Positions 8,252 to 17,023 of a stretch of DNA of 64,000 nt are shown in pieces. The translations under genes were made by a program, and so were the position numbers. The stretch comes from a virus (taxonomy: Duplodnaviria; Heunggongvirae; Uroviricota; Caudoviricetes): the IMG/VR virus record IMGVR_UViG_3300044295_000306; one strand, written 5' to 3'. The notes under the pieces were generated by a model, which saw only the letters and a list, made by a program, of their open reading frames with translations, was not told where the DNA came from and ran no database searches. Positions within the stretch are counted from its first letter, which is position 1. Every line of letters starts with the position of its first letter.

Positions 8252-9541
8252 AAACTTTCTTTTTTCCAGCTCTTTTTTCAATTGTTCTATGCGCTCCGAA
8301 ATCATGTCTTTAGAAACCAATGTCTCAGGTGAAATATTATACTGTTGCTGGAGATTTGGATAGAGTGAATTTAAATCGAAACTAGCGACATAATCAAACA
8401 TACCAATCTGTGGATCTTTTACATAAGCACCTTCATAAGCACTATCTTTTTGTGATTGTTTCTTCGGCGATATGATTATATTCTTCATTCGTAAGAAATT
8501 ATATGTAATAGTATCCCACATCCTAACTTGCATGAAAACATCATCATAATTATGTTTGTTATCATAAGCAAGTGTCAATGCCATTTCTATCAATCTGAGT
8601 TTCTTTTCGAGATTTTCCACAATCTCAGAATCTCGAATATTATACTCAATATATTTCTGAAAGTTCTGAACATATAACTGATGCAAATTATCATACTCAT
8701 CATATGTCATCTTTCTACCAACACCTTCACTCTCAGCTATAACATCCAATCTATAGGATTCTTGTTGATTACCACCAGATTGATACTTCCTATATAACTG
8801 CATATAATCAATCGTACAAATACCGACAAAATCATATGAAATCATATCTTTATTGTACAAGAATTCTTTCTTTTCATTGACTATGTTCCATGGCGATAAT
8901 CTTTTAGTTTCTTTATCACCCAAAAGTCTGAGAATTCGATTATGAAGATATGGAATATCAAAGCCTTTGATGTTCCAACCAGTAAGAATGTTTGGATAAT
9001 TCTGTGACCAATAATCAAGAAACTTCCGAATTAAATCGATTTCATCTTTACACCGAGTATAAATAACATCTTCTCTATGTTTTCTATAATCACCATAAGC
9101 AAATACATGGAACATAGAATCCATGGTAGATTTTATCGTTATAGCAGTAATAGGTTCTTTAGCTTCTTCTGGTTTGGGAAATCCATTCTCTGAACTTACT
9201 TCAATATCAAGATAAGCTATAGAAATATCACGAATATTCCATTGAATATCTTCATTCAAGTGCTCATCCGAAATAAATGCACAGTCATATCGTGTATTAC
9301 CATAAATAGAAAAACCCTCAACATCTTCATATTGGGAGACAAAATCTCTAGCTTCACGAATACTAGAAAACTTCATTTCATCAAGATATATACCATCAAG
9401 AGATTTGTATTTTGTCTCTTTCTTGGAGGGCAAATATAAAGTAGGCATGTAAGCTATTTTCAGCTTGACATGCCTACCATTTTCTACACCGCGATAATAT
9501 ATGAAGTTTCCTATACAATTTACATTTGTATAATATCTCAT
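8243..9541 (-). CDS. 43: DNA polymerase gp43, N-terminal fragment (43A: exonuclease plus motif A)
   Basis: ExoI LDIEV, ExoII GWNIKGFDIPY, ExoIII YNIRD, motif A SFDLNSLYP, NISPETL, then TAG. Confidence 0.95.
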   Translation of the reverse strand: MRYYTNVNCIGNFIYYRGVENGRHVKLKIAYMPTLYLPSKKETKYKSLDGIYLDEMKFSSIREARDFVSQYEDVEGFSIYGNTRYDCAFISDEHLNEDIQWNIRDISIAYLDIEVSSENGFPKPEEAKEPITAITIKSTMDSMFHVFAYGDYRKHREDVIYTRCKDEIDLIRKFLDYWSQNYPNILTGWNIKGFDIPYLHNRILRLLGDKETKRLSPWNIVNEKKEFLYNKDMISYDFVGICTIDYMQLYRKYQSGGNQQESYRLDVIAESEGVGRKMTYDEYDNLHQLYVQNFQKYIEYNIRDSEIVENLEKKLRLIEMALTLAYDNKHNYDDVFMQVRMWDTITYNFLRMKNIIISPKKQSQKDSAYEGAYVKDPQIGMFDYVASFDLNSLYPNLQQQYNISPETLVSKDMISERIEQLKKELEKRKFYK

Positions 9542-9867
9542 CGTTTAATTGGAGTCACATTGTTTGATTGTGCAATTTGAATACCAGAACCAAATCTACT
9601 ATTATATTCATTAATCAATTGAAGCAAAGGTGTTGTAATTGTTAATACATCATTTGGTGAAATTGGAATACCCGTTTTAAATTCTTCAGAAAACTCAAGA
9701 AAAGGAATCAATGCAATTCCAGCTTCGCCTGTCGATGATCTAGGTGGCATCATAACAACCTGAACGGGTTCTTTCATGACGATTGCACCTGGCATTTCAG
9801 GATCATCAACAATACAAGTCAAAAATGTTTTATCGTTTTTTAATGTTACAAGCTTAATATCAGACAT
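9538..9867 (-). CDS. Hypothetical, Sm-like small protein upstream of gp43
   Basis: IKLVTLKN..., SD GAGG; conserved position in T4-like phages. Confidence 0.6.
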   Translation of the reverse strand: MSDIKLVTLKNDKTFLTCIVDDPEMPGAIVMKEPVQVVMMPPRSSTGEAGIALIPFLEFSEEFKTGIPISPNDVLTITTPLLQLINEYNSRFGSGIQIAQSNNVTPIKR

Positions 9868-10081
9868 TAATTTCCTCACTTTCATGATATACAGCAAGAG
9901 TCAGCCAGCGTTTGGGAAACAACATTTCCCTACCCTCAAAATCTTTGATATCTAGTGTCGGATCAGGAACATATCCAATAAGTTCCACATCTCCATCACC
10001 CCTCAAATGAAAATCATAATCATGCGCTCTGATCAGATTATCGCGCTTAACAAGCTTCTCAGCAATTTCTTGTACAGTCAT
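9860..10081 (-). CDS. Hypothetical protein
   Basis: Tightly packed ORF; start chosen at GGAG-n5-ATG. Confidence 0.6.
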   Translation of the reverse strand: MTVQEIAEKLVKRDNLIRAHDYDFHLRGDGDVELIGYVPDPTLDIKDFEGREMLFPKRWLTLAVYHESEEINV

Positions 10082-10091
10082 TTCTACTCCA

Positions 10092-10442
10092 TTAAACATA
10101 ATTTTTAAGATTAGGTGGTTGCCATCCATCTGGCTTCATCACTTTACCATTAGCATTCTTGATTACTTTACCTGTATTTGGATCGATCTTGTTCAGATTA
10201 GTAGCGGCAACTTCATTCCATGCACCTTGAACATTGAAATTATTCATCGCACAATAACCTAAAATTACCCAAATCATGTCCATACAAGCATCAAGCTGTT
10301 CTATTCTATCATTATTTTCAATTGCTGTCAAGAACTCTTTGTATTCTTCCGTAATTAATGAAGCATATAGTTTAGAATTTTCCTGGGTAGGAACTTGATC
10401 ACATGCATGTATAAACTTTAAAACATCATAAAACATCTGCAT
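10092..10442 (-). CDS. MazG-like/PRA-PH nucleotide pyrophosphohydrolase
   Basis: LITEEYKE...LDACMD acidic helices, GKVIKNANGKVMKPDGW tail. Confidence 0.8.
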   Translation of the reverse strand: MQMFYDVLKFIHACDQVPTQENSKLYASLITEEYKEFLTAIENNDRIEQLDACMDMIWVILGYCAMNNFNVQGAWNEVAATNLNKIDPNTGKVIKNANGKVMKPDGWQPPNLKNYV

Positions 10443-10872
10443 TTTTAACTCTCCTTCTAAGCGATGATGTACTATAATTGTGTTTTCGTGTGTTGTAATA
10501 AATCTCTATTCCTCTTTCTTCACAAATATCTTTACCTGTGAAGTCTTTATCTTGATATTCTTCACCAAGAATACGAATATTAATAGGAAGTATTCTCAAA
10601 AGATTACATAATTCTTCTTCTGTATCATAAACAATATAATGATCAACAAATTTATTAGCTGAAACGGTAATCTGTCTTTCGAGAATGGATTGAATGGGTT
10701 TGTTTTTTTCATTAGGACGATTGATTGTCGGATCTGTTTGAATACCAACTATCAGATAATCACATACCGATTTAGCTTCTGCGAGCATTAATACATGACC
10801 TGCATGAAGTAAATCAAAAGTTGAACAGGTAAATCCTATTTTATCTTGTGTTTTCTTATAATTTAGAATCAT
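10426..10872 (-). CDS. tagD: TagD-like cytidylyltransferase
   Basis: STFDLLHAGH (HxGH), R-x-H-x-Y-STS C-terminal motif. Confidence 0.85.
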   Translation of the reverse strand: MILNYKKTQDKIGFTCSTFDLLHAGHVLMLAEAKSVCDYLIVGIQTDPTINRPNEKNKPIQSILERQITVSANKFVDHYIVYDTEEELCNLLRILPINIRILGEEYQDKDFTGKDICEERGIEIYYNTRKHNYSTSSLRRRVKNADVL

Positions 10873-11341
10873 ACTTTATTACCTTAACATAAGACTTAGA
10901 TAAAAAATCTAAACCATCATTTGATCTATATTCTTTATCAAAATAAACTTTTTCTATTTGTGCTTGATAGATGATCTTTGCACATTCAATGCATGGAGCG
11001 TGAGTGATGAATAACGTGGATCCAACAGACGACATGGTGGATCTTGCGATTTTCGCAATTGCGTTGCTTTCTGCATGGAGGACTTCTGGCCTAGTAACCA
11101 ACCGATATCTCTGATCTTCTTCAACATAAGGATATTCCTTTTCTTCATCTTGTTCAATAGCAGCATATACCTTGTATTCACACACATTACTCCATTTACT
11201 AGGCATTCCATTATATCCAATACCTATGATTGTATCATCCTTGACAATAACACAACCTACCTTTAATCTAACAGCAGTAGAAAGTTCTGAGAAATTCCAT
11301 GCCGTTTTCATATAAGCATGAACTAATTTATTCTTCATCAT
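10856..11341 (-). CDS. cd: dCMP deaminase
   Basis: GYNG, HAE, PCIEC zinc motifs. Confidence 0.92.
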   Translation of the reverse strand: MMKNKLVHAYMKTAWNFSELSTAVRLKVGCVIVKDDTIIGIGYNGMPSKWSNVCEYKVYAAIEQDEEKEYPYVEEDQRYRLVTRPEVLHAESNAIAKIARSTMSSVGSTLFITHAPCIECAKIIYQAQIEKVYFDKEYRSNDGLDFLSKSYVKVIKYDSKL

Positions 11342-11507
11342 TACCCTTGGATGTTTCTACTTTCATTCTCTTCTTCTTTTCTTCATATGCTGAAATAGCA
11401 TCAATAGCCATTTCTTTATATTCTCTTCGTTCAATCGGATCAAACATCATTGCAAGCATAGCTTTTGTGGTATGATCCATCTTAAAGTTCTTGTCAGTCT
11501 TTGTCAT
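11328..11507 (-). CDS. 59-aa hypothetical protein
   Basis: Hand-translated MTKTDKNFKMDHTTKAMLAMMFDPIERREYKEMAIDA...; SD AAGGA; fills a gap. Confidence 0.6.
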   Translation of the reverse strand: MTKTDKNFKMDHTTKAMLAMMFDPIERREYKEMAIDAISAYEEKKKRMKVETSKGNDEE

Positions 11508-11518
11508 ATATTTCCTTA

Positions 11519-11755
11519 TTAAAAATGTAAATTATTACCTTCCCAAACTATAGCAATATTCAATAATTCTTGCGCTCTCTCTATAGCCTTTTTCTCAGCA
11601 GTTTCTTTATTTGGTTTTGGTTTATGTGTTTCTTGTTCTAAAGTGTAACCAAACCAAAATTCTGATCTCCAAAAAATAAAATTGTTATATTCTACAATAA
11701 AGCAACGCTGGTTTGGATTATGGATTACTCTTGTTCTTTTGAATAAGTTCTTCAT
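11519..11755 (-). CDS. Hypothetical protein
   Basis: SD GAGGAGG before MKNLFKR. Confidence 0.6.
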   Translation of the reverse strand: MKNLFKRTRVIHNPNQRCFIVEYNNFIFWRSEFWFGYTLEQETHKPKPNKETAEKKAIERAQELLNIAIVWEGNNLHF

Positions 11756-12017
11756 ATCTCGCCTCCTCACTATCATATAATGCATTGTGAATAGTTAAAT
11801 AACCTGCCATCTGTGCGGGTGCATATGATTCTGGACCAAAATTAAAAATACTATATAAAACACCTCTATATGATCTTCTTTGCTTAATTTCGCCATCATA
11901 GATTCTACGAACAACAGCACAAAACACTTTTAATTGCTCTTCTTTTGATAAGCTATTCCAATAATCTTCCGATTCTTTCTCAATTCTATTCATAACTTCA
12001 GCAAAAACATCTTTCAT
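11718..12017 (-). CDS. Hypothetical protein
   Basis: ORF track, operon packing. Confidence 0.65.
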   Translation of the reverse strand: MKDVFAEVMNRIEKESEDYWNSLSKEEQLKVFCAVVRRIYDGEIKQRRSYRGVLYSIFNFGPESYAPAQMAGYLTIHNALYDSEEARYEELIQKNKSNP

Positions 12018-12018
12018 A

Positions 12019-12657
12019 TTAAGTCCAAAGATTTAAATAATGTTTACCAAATAAATTAAGTCCTTCTTGAATTCTCTTTTGATGCTTTTTAAGTCCATCC
12101 CAATCACATTCACCTTTTTGAAGCCATCTAACAGGAAAAACCTCTTTATCTTCGTCCCCCGGACGTTTTTCTAAATCTAAAATAGGCTTCTTAATCCAAT
12201 ACTGTTCTTCCCAATTTTCTTCTAAAATCTGTTCAAATGACCAAATCATCTTGTCTAAGATATCATCCCAATTCTTTTCAGCTTTTTTAAATAACATCTC
12301 GGATTTTTTATGAAGTTTACCATCTTCTTTTTCTGTATAGTATTCTTTTGACGTTGTAATATCATTATATTCTTTCGACAGAAAACACACAGGAATACCA
12401 TTTTTTTGTGCTTTAATATTCTTCAACATAGGAAGAATAATCAAAGCAAGAGTATGATCCATTGACCAAGTGTCAAAATCATCAATTTTTACTTTAACTT
12501 TTCTTTTAAATAAAGAATTAATAATCTCAAAAGGTTTTGAAGGAATTTTTTCTGCTATATTATTTCTTGTGTCCTCTGATACGCCAAAATACTTAAGTGT
12601 GTCAGTTAACTGATATGGACCAAAATAATCGGGATATTTACCTATATTAATTTTCAT
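12019..12657 (-). CDS. Hypothetical phage protein
   Basis: DTWSMDHTLALII and GLNLFGKHYLNLW segments typical of myovirus hypotheticals. Confidence 0.7.
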   Translation of the reverse strand: MKINIGKYPDYFGPYQLTDTLKYFGVSEDTRNNIAEKIPSKPFEIINSLFKRKVKVKIDDFDTWSMDHTLALIILPMLKNIKAQKNGIPVCFLSKEYNDITTSKEYYTEKEDGKLHKKSEMLFKKAEKNWDDILDKMIWSFEQILEENWEEQYWIKKPILDLEKRPGDEDKEVFPVRWLQKGECDWDGLKKHQKRIQEGLNLFGKHYLNLWT

Positions 12658-12938
12658 TTCTTTGCCTTATTAATGAATCTAAGTTTCTGACTCTTATTCC
12701 AGTTTTTCAGATATGGATTCTCTTTATCACACAATTCAATAAGTTCTTTTTGATTTACTTTCTCTGTACTAATAATATGTTCAGCCATATATCTCTGACT
12801 AAGTTCATCAAGATCGTGTTTTTCATCAACATTAATAATAAATTTCTCAACTTCCTTATTTGCGCTTGCTTCGTCATCCGCTTCAATAACATACTTATGT
12901 TTAAAAACAGTTACAGTAGATACTATAAAAATAGGCAT
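12654..12938 (-). CDS. Hypothetical protein
   Basis: ORF track, overlapping stop/start. Confidence 0.65.
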   Translation of the reverse strand: MPIFIVSTVTVFKHKYVIEADDEASANKEVEKFIINVDEKHDLDELSQRYMAEHIISTEKVNQKELIELCDKENPYLKNWNKSQKLRFINKAKK

Positions 12939-13165
12939 TACACAGTCTCCTTGAGCATCATATCAATATATTTTTTAATCAATTTATCTTTAATCATATC
13001 AGGAATAGTCAGATATGGAAACTCTAGATAGAATGGACAACCATTTTGCCATTTACCGTTTTCCATAAAATATTTGAACCAACTAATATGTTCTTTATTT
13101 TCGGTATCAAATGATTGTCTAACTTTAATGTTTGCGTAAAGATTTGGACTTAGATAATGTGTCAT
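12938..13165 (-). CDS. Hypothetical protein
   Basis: ORF track, overlapping stop/start. Confidence 0.6.
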   Translation of the reverse strand: MTHYLSPNLYANIKVRQSFDTENKEHISWFKYFMENGKWQNGCPFYLEFPYLTIPDMIKDKLIKKYIDMMLKETV

Positions 13166-13452
13166 AATACTCTCAAATAGCCTATAAAGTCAATAGTTAT
13201 TAAAAGAAAATAATTTGCAAGCATACCAAATGATTTTCTGCTCCATGCTGCCCATGCGTACAATGAACATCCTATTAACCATAAAGGATATAAAATCAAA
13301 AATGGCGGATTAGGAACAGTCAATGATACACATAAAGCACAACCAATGCTCAAAAACCATGCATGAATCTCTATCAGGAATCTATAAGGATGTGATTTCC
13401 AATCATTATAAATCCATCTAAAGAATCTATACTTCCACAATCTTTGGAGCAT
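13162..13452 (-). CDS. Small membrane protein (about 3 TM)
   Basis: Hydrophobic segments; start uncertain. Confidence 0.6.
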   Translation of the reverse strand: MLQRLWKYRFFRWIYNDWKSHPYRFLIEIHAWFLSIGCALCVSLTVPNPPFLILYPLWLIGCSLYAWAAWSRKSFGMLANYFLLITIDFIGYLRVL

Positions 13453-14170
13453 ATTCAACAGACACTTTTTCATAACCAACATAACCACGTGGATTACATA
13501 CAATCCTTGTTTCATTAATCATATAATCAAAAGAACTGTGGGTGTGTCCGTGAATCCATAACTTAATCTGCGGTCTATCAAAAATAAAATCATCTAGATT
13601 AGAATGAAAAGCACCGTTCATTATCTTTTGATTCTTAAAAGAAGGATGACATGACCGAAAACTAGGGCTGTGATGAGTTATAACTACAAATTTTTCATCA
13701 GTTTTTTCAGCCAAACAATGCTTGATATAATCAAAACTTCTTTCATGTTCATTACATGAATCTTCGGCCGAAAAGAATTTATTTTCTTTAAAAATCAAAT
13801 TAAAATCCATCATCATTCTTTGAATTGAAACCATTGTAAGCGGATCTCTTTTATTCATGTCCGTCCAGAGAACAGTACCAATAAAAGTAATATCATCGAT
13901 CTTCTTACATTCTTTTTCGAGCAAAGTAATGTTGGAAAAAGGAACAATCTTATTTCTTAGTTCTTTTTCAACTTCATTGTATTGATTCTCATAATATTCA
14001 TGATTCCCCATAATCATGATGACTTGAGGAAATTCTTCCGATACATTTTGTAAAAATTTATCTGTGGCAAGAATATCACCAGCAAGAATAAGAATATCAG
14101 CGTTTTCTTTATTTTTAAGAATCAAATCGCCAAAATCAAGATGGATATCTGAAGCAATAGCAAGTTTCAT
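13427..14170 (-). CDS. Calcineurin-like metallophosphoesterase
   Basis: SDIH, AGD, GNHE, HH-x-P, HGHTH; ATGA overlap start. Confidence 0.9.
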   Translation of the reverse strand: MKLAIASDIHLDFGDLILKNKENADILILAGDILATDKFLQNVSEEFPQVIMIMGNHEYYENQYNEVEKELRNKIVPFSNITLLEKECKKIDDITFIGTVLWTDMNKRDPLTMVSIQRMMMDFNLIFKENKFFSAEDSCNEHERSFDYIKHCLAEKTDEKFVVITHHSPSFRSCHPSFKNQKIMNGAFHSNLDDFIFDRPQIKLWIHGHTHSSFDYMINETRIVCNPRGYVGYEKVSVEYAPKIVEV

Positions 14171-14490
14171 AGAAGATTTAACCAATCAGTCTTTGCATCA
14201 ACAACTTCAACATCCGTTTTATATCTATCAAAAATCATCCGTAAAACTGGAGCGGTTTCATTTGAAACACGATAGTCACTTTCATTACAGACATAACAAT
14301 TACCTGATTGTCCATAAAAGTGATATAAACCACCTTTTTTTTCTACTTTAGTAATACCAGAATTAATGCGCCATTCATCATTTGATAAAAACGTATCGCC
14401 TTTAAATCCAGCGAGAACTTTAAAACAAGATGGCACATCGGGTACATTGATTTTCAATATGACCCAAGACGTTGGGTAATAGGTTTCCAT
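14167..14490 (-). CDS. Hypothetical phage protein (WRINSGITK type)
   Basis: ORF track; follows a consensus promoter. Confidence 0.65.
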   Translation of the reverse strand: METYYPTSWVILKINVPDVPSCFKVLAGFKGDTFLSNDEWRINSGITKVEKKGGLYHFYGQSGNCYVCNESDYRVSNETAPVLRMIFDRYKTDVEVVDAKTDWLNLL

Positions 14491-14514
14491 AATATATATT
14501 CCACAATTTATGTT

Positions 14515-14543
14515 ATTATAACATAATTAGGGGGAAAAGTCAA
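14515..14543 (-). promoter_or_regulatory. sigma70 early promoter TTGACT-17-TATAAT
   Basis: Near-consensus boxes with 17-nt spacer upstream of 14490. Confidence 0.75.
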
Positions 14544-14557
14544 GTCTTTTCCCCCTA
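14528..14557. terminator. 12-bp inverted repeat after hsp20 (terminator-like, weak U tail)
   Basis: TAGGGGGAAAAG-n6-CTTTTCCCCCTA; overlaps the -35 box. Confidence 0.55.
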
Positions 14558-14562
14558 TGATT

Positions 14563-15030
14563 TTACTCTGTTAGGAGTTTTTTCGGAATAAATGAAAGAT
14601 TGTTTTCGATTTCAATCTTTCGTGGTTTCTTATGATCTGGAATAACATTTTCTAGAGCAATACGAAGAACACCATCTTTTAGTTCGGTACCGCGAACTTC
14701 TAGCGTGTCTGCTAATGTAATAGATTTGGTAAATGCTCGGGCAGCAACACCTTTGTAGATATAATTAACATTCTTATCATTACCTTTCATAGAACCTTTA
14801 ATGATAAGTTCATTGTTTTCCACTATGATTTCAATATCATCTTTGGTAAAACCAGCAACAGCCATTTCAACGATATATTGATTAGCATCTAATTTGATAA
14901 TATTATGTGGTGGAAAGGTAGAAAAATCAAGAGATTTTGAATCAAACATTCTTTCAAATTCATCAAGAATGCTTTCAAAACCTACAGTACGAGGTAGAAG
15001 AGGTGAAAAAGTAATACGTCCCATTGTCAT
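14563..15030 (-). CDS. hsp20: Hsp20 small heat-shock protein (IbpA-like)
   Basis: FPPHNII, MAVAGF, YIYKGVAARAF, DGVLRI. Confidence 0.93.
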   Translation of the reverse strand: MTMGRITFSPLLPRTVGFESILDEFERMFDSKSLDFSTFPPHNIIKLDANQYIVEMAVAGFTKDDIEIIVENNELIIKGSMKGNDKNVNYIYKGVAARAFTKSITLADTLEVRGTELKDGVLRIALENVIPDHKKPRKIEIENNLSFIPKKLLTE

Positions 15031-15088
15031 ATAGTTCTCCTTTATTAAGCGAGTTAAAAGTTATGCGACCCATTTGGCATCGCATATT

Positions 15089-15262
15089 TTATTTAGCAAT
15101 CTGGAATGCGTTTCGATTGACTAAAAAAATTCTTTTTGGATTTTCTTCTTTAAATACTTTTAAGAAGATATAATCATCAGTTTGTACAATATCATCCATA
15201 TCATTGCAAAATACGATATCACCACTGAATTTATTCTTCAATTTTGCGGCTTTCTTTTCCAT
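15089..15262 (-). CDS. 57-aa hypothetical protein downstream of regA
   Basis: Hand-translated MEKKAAKLKNKFSGDIVFCND...KRIFLVNRNAFQIAK. Confidence 0.6.
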   Translation of the reverse strand: MEKKAAKLKNKFSGDIVFCNDMDDIVQTDDYIFLKVFKEENPKRIFLVNRNAFQIAK

Positions 15263-15274
15263 TTCGAATCACCA

Positions 15275-15679
15275 TTATGCTTTTTTCTTTCCAATATTAT
15301 ACTTTGAAACTAATTCCCATTCATCTTTTTCTTTGAAGGAAATGATTTTTATTTGATGAAGTGGAGCAAAGTTGTTTTCAAATTCACCGTTATCGACAAC
15401 TTTAATTAAACTCCAATCTTCTAACAATTTTGTTATACTATTTCTCCTAGCAATATCATTTTCAGATATATTAGATGATTTACCATCTAATGAAAATAAT
15501 TCCTTGAAATGAACTATAGCATATCTTCCTTGTTTGTGCAAGATATGACAAGACTGAAACAATTTCTTCTCTTTTCGTGAAGAAACACCCATTCTTGTTA
15601 AAGTTTCTTTTACTTTTAGGAAATCATCTTCATGATCTAAACTAATTTCTATGCCAAGACCTTTAAAAATATCACTCAT
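15275..15679 (-). CDS. regA: Translational repressor RegA
   Basis: DFLKVKETLTRMG, SCHILHKQGRYAIVHFKELF. Confidence 0.96.
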   Translation of the reverse strand: MSDIFKGLGIEISLDHEDDFLKVKETLTRMGVSSRKEKKLFQSCHILHKQGRYAIVHFKELFSLDGKSSNISENDIARRNSITKLLEDWSLIKVVDNGEFENNFAPLHQIKIISFKEKDEWELVSKYNIGKKKA

Positions 15680-16062
15680 TTTTTAAGCCCACCTTTATCA
15701 GCTTTTTCTTTTAATTGTTGTAGTTCTTTTTCAGAAAGTAAGGCAAGTGCTTCCTTGGCTTTCGTATCAGAATACTGATAAAGTGTCTTTATACATGCCA
15801 AATCTTCACTCTTTACAGGTTTTACCCACTTCATAAAGCGACGTTTTTTCGCTCTTATGCTATTTATAAGAAAATGATTTTGTAATTTGGCATCTAAATG
15901 ATGAAATTTGTTCATTTCATTCGCGTACATTACACAATCTAGATGATAAGACAGACCACGATTGATCAAAAATGGTACATATTCTTTCTCTGTTGCCTCA
16001 TCAAAAATCAGATCCTTCTTTTCTGAAAGGATCTGATTTAAATATATGAATGGATCGCTCAT
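15676..16062 (-). CDS. 62: Clamp loader small subunit gp62
   Basis: YVPFLINRGLS...D...ANEMN; synteny 44-62-regA. Confidence 0.9.
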   Translation of the reverse strand: MSDPFIYLNQILSEKKDLIFDEATEKEYVPFLINRGLSYHLDCVMYANEMNKFHHLDAKLQNHFLINSIRAKKRRFMKWVKPVKSEDLACIKTLYQYSDTKAKEALALLSEKELQQLKEKADKGGLKK

Positions 16063-16991
16063 ACAAAATCACAATTCAACATCAATTCCGTTAAACATGC
16101 AACCAGATTAACTTCACGATCCGCAACAAATGCAGCTTTATACTGGTATTCAGCAATCAAAATAACAGCACTTGGTATAGAATGTGGCTTAAGGAACTGA
16201 TAAAGATTATCATATAGTTTCCGAAAAACTATGTTAGCATCAATATCATTAGCTCCAGCCCATTTCCTCAGCGAACTAAAATCTTTCTCTTTAATGAAAC
16301 CAATCAGATCATTAATTGCAATATCGCTAATTTGAGACAGAATTCCTGAATCAATTTTACCGAATTTTGAATATCTTTGAAGTTCATTGATAACACGCCG
16401 AAAATCAGGAAAATACTTTTTAAGTAATTCGGCAATAACAACATTATCATAATCAACTTTCTCTTCACCAAGCATCCATTGAATTCTCCTGAAGAATGCT
16501 GATGCCATTGCAGCTTTCTCACCGGCCTTCAATGTAAAATCAATAACAGCACACCGTGAATGAAGAGGTTCAATGATTCTGTTCTTATAATTACAAGTGA
16601 AAATGAAAGAACAATTAGATGCAAATTCCTCAATAGCGTTTCTTAATGCTGGCTGTGTCGAATTGGGATTTAAATAATCAGCCTCATCAATAATAATTAC
16701 CTTTCTTCCACCTTGCAGCGAAAGAGAAGATGCATAGTTTTTGATCTTGTTTCGAAAAGTATCAATACCCGATTCATCTGATCCATTAATAATCAAATGA
16801 TCACAATCGATTTCTTGACACATTGCTTTTGCGACAGTTGTTTTACCTACACCAGCACCACCGGAAAGAAGAAGATTGGGTACGTTCTTTTGATGAACGT
16901 ACTCAGCAAAAGGTTTCTTTAGTCTTTCTGGTAAAATACAATCATTAATAGTTTTAGGACGATATTTCTCTACCCAAAGAAAGTGTTCCAT
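16059..16991 (-). CDS. 44: Clamp loader large subunit gp44
   Basis: WVEKYRP, GAGVGKTT, DEAD, SRC motif. Confidence 0.96.
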   Translation of the reverse strand: MEHFLWVEKYRPKTINDCILPERLKKPFAEYVHQKNVPNLLLSGGAGVGKTTVAKAMCQEIDCDHLIINGSDESGIDTFRNKIKNYASSLSLQGGRKVIIIDEADYLNPNSTQPALRNAIEEFASNCSFIFTCNYKNRIIEPLHSRCAVIDFTLKAGEKAAMASAFFRRIQWMLGEEKVDYDNVVIAELLKKYFPDFRRVINELQRYSKFGKIDSGILSQISDIAINDLIGFIKEKDFSSLRKWAGANDIDANIVFRKLYDNLYQFLKPHSIPSAVILIAEYQYKAAFVADREVNLVACLTELMLNCDFV

Positions 16992-17023
16992 AATACCTCA
17001 CATTATTCATAACAAAATTATAA

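Noticed and set aside
15263-15276. TTCGAATCCACCA resembling a tRNA T-loop and CCA end
   Set aside because: No T-stem pairing or cloverleaf; it is the spacer between regA and a small ORF.
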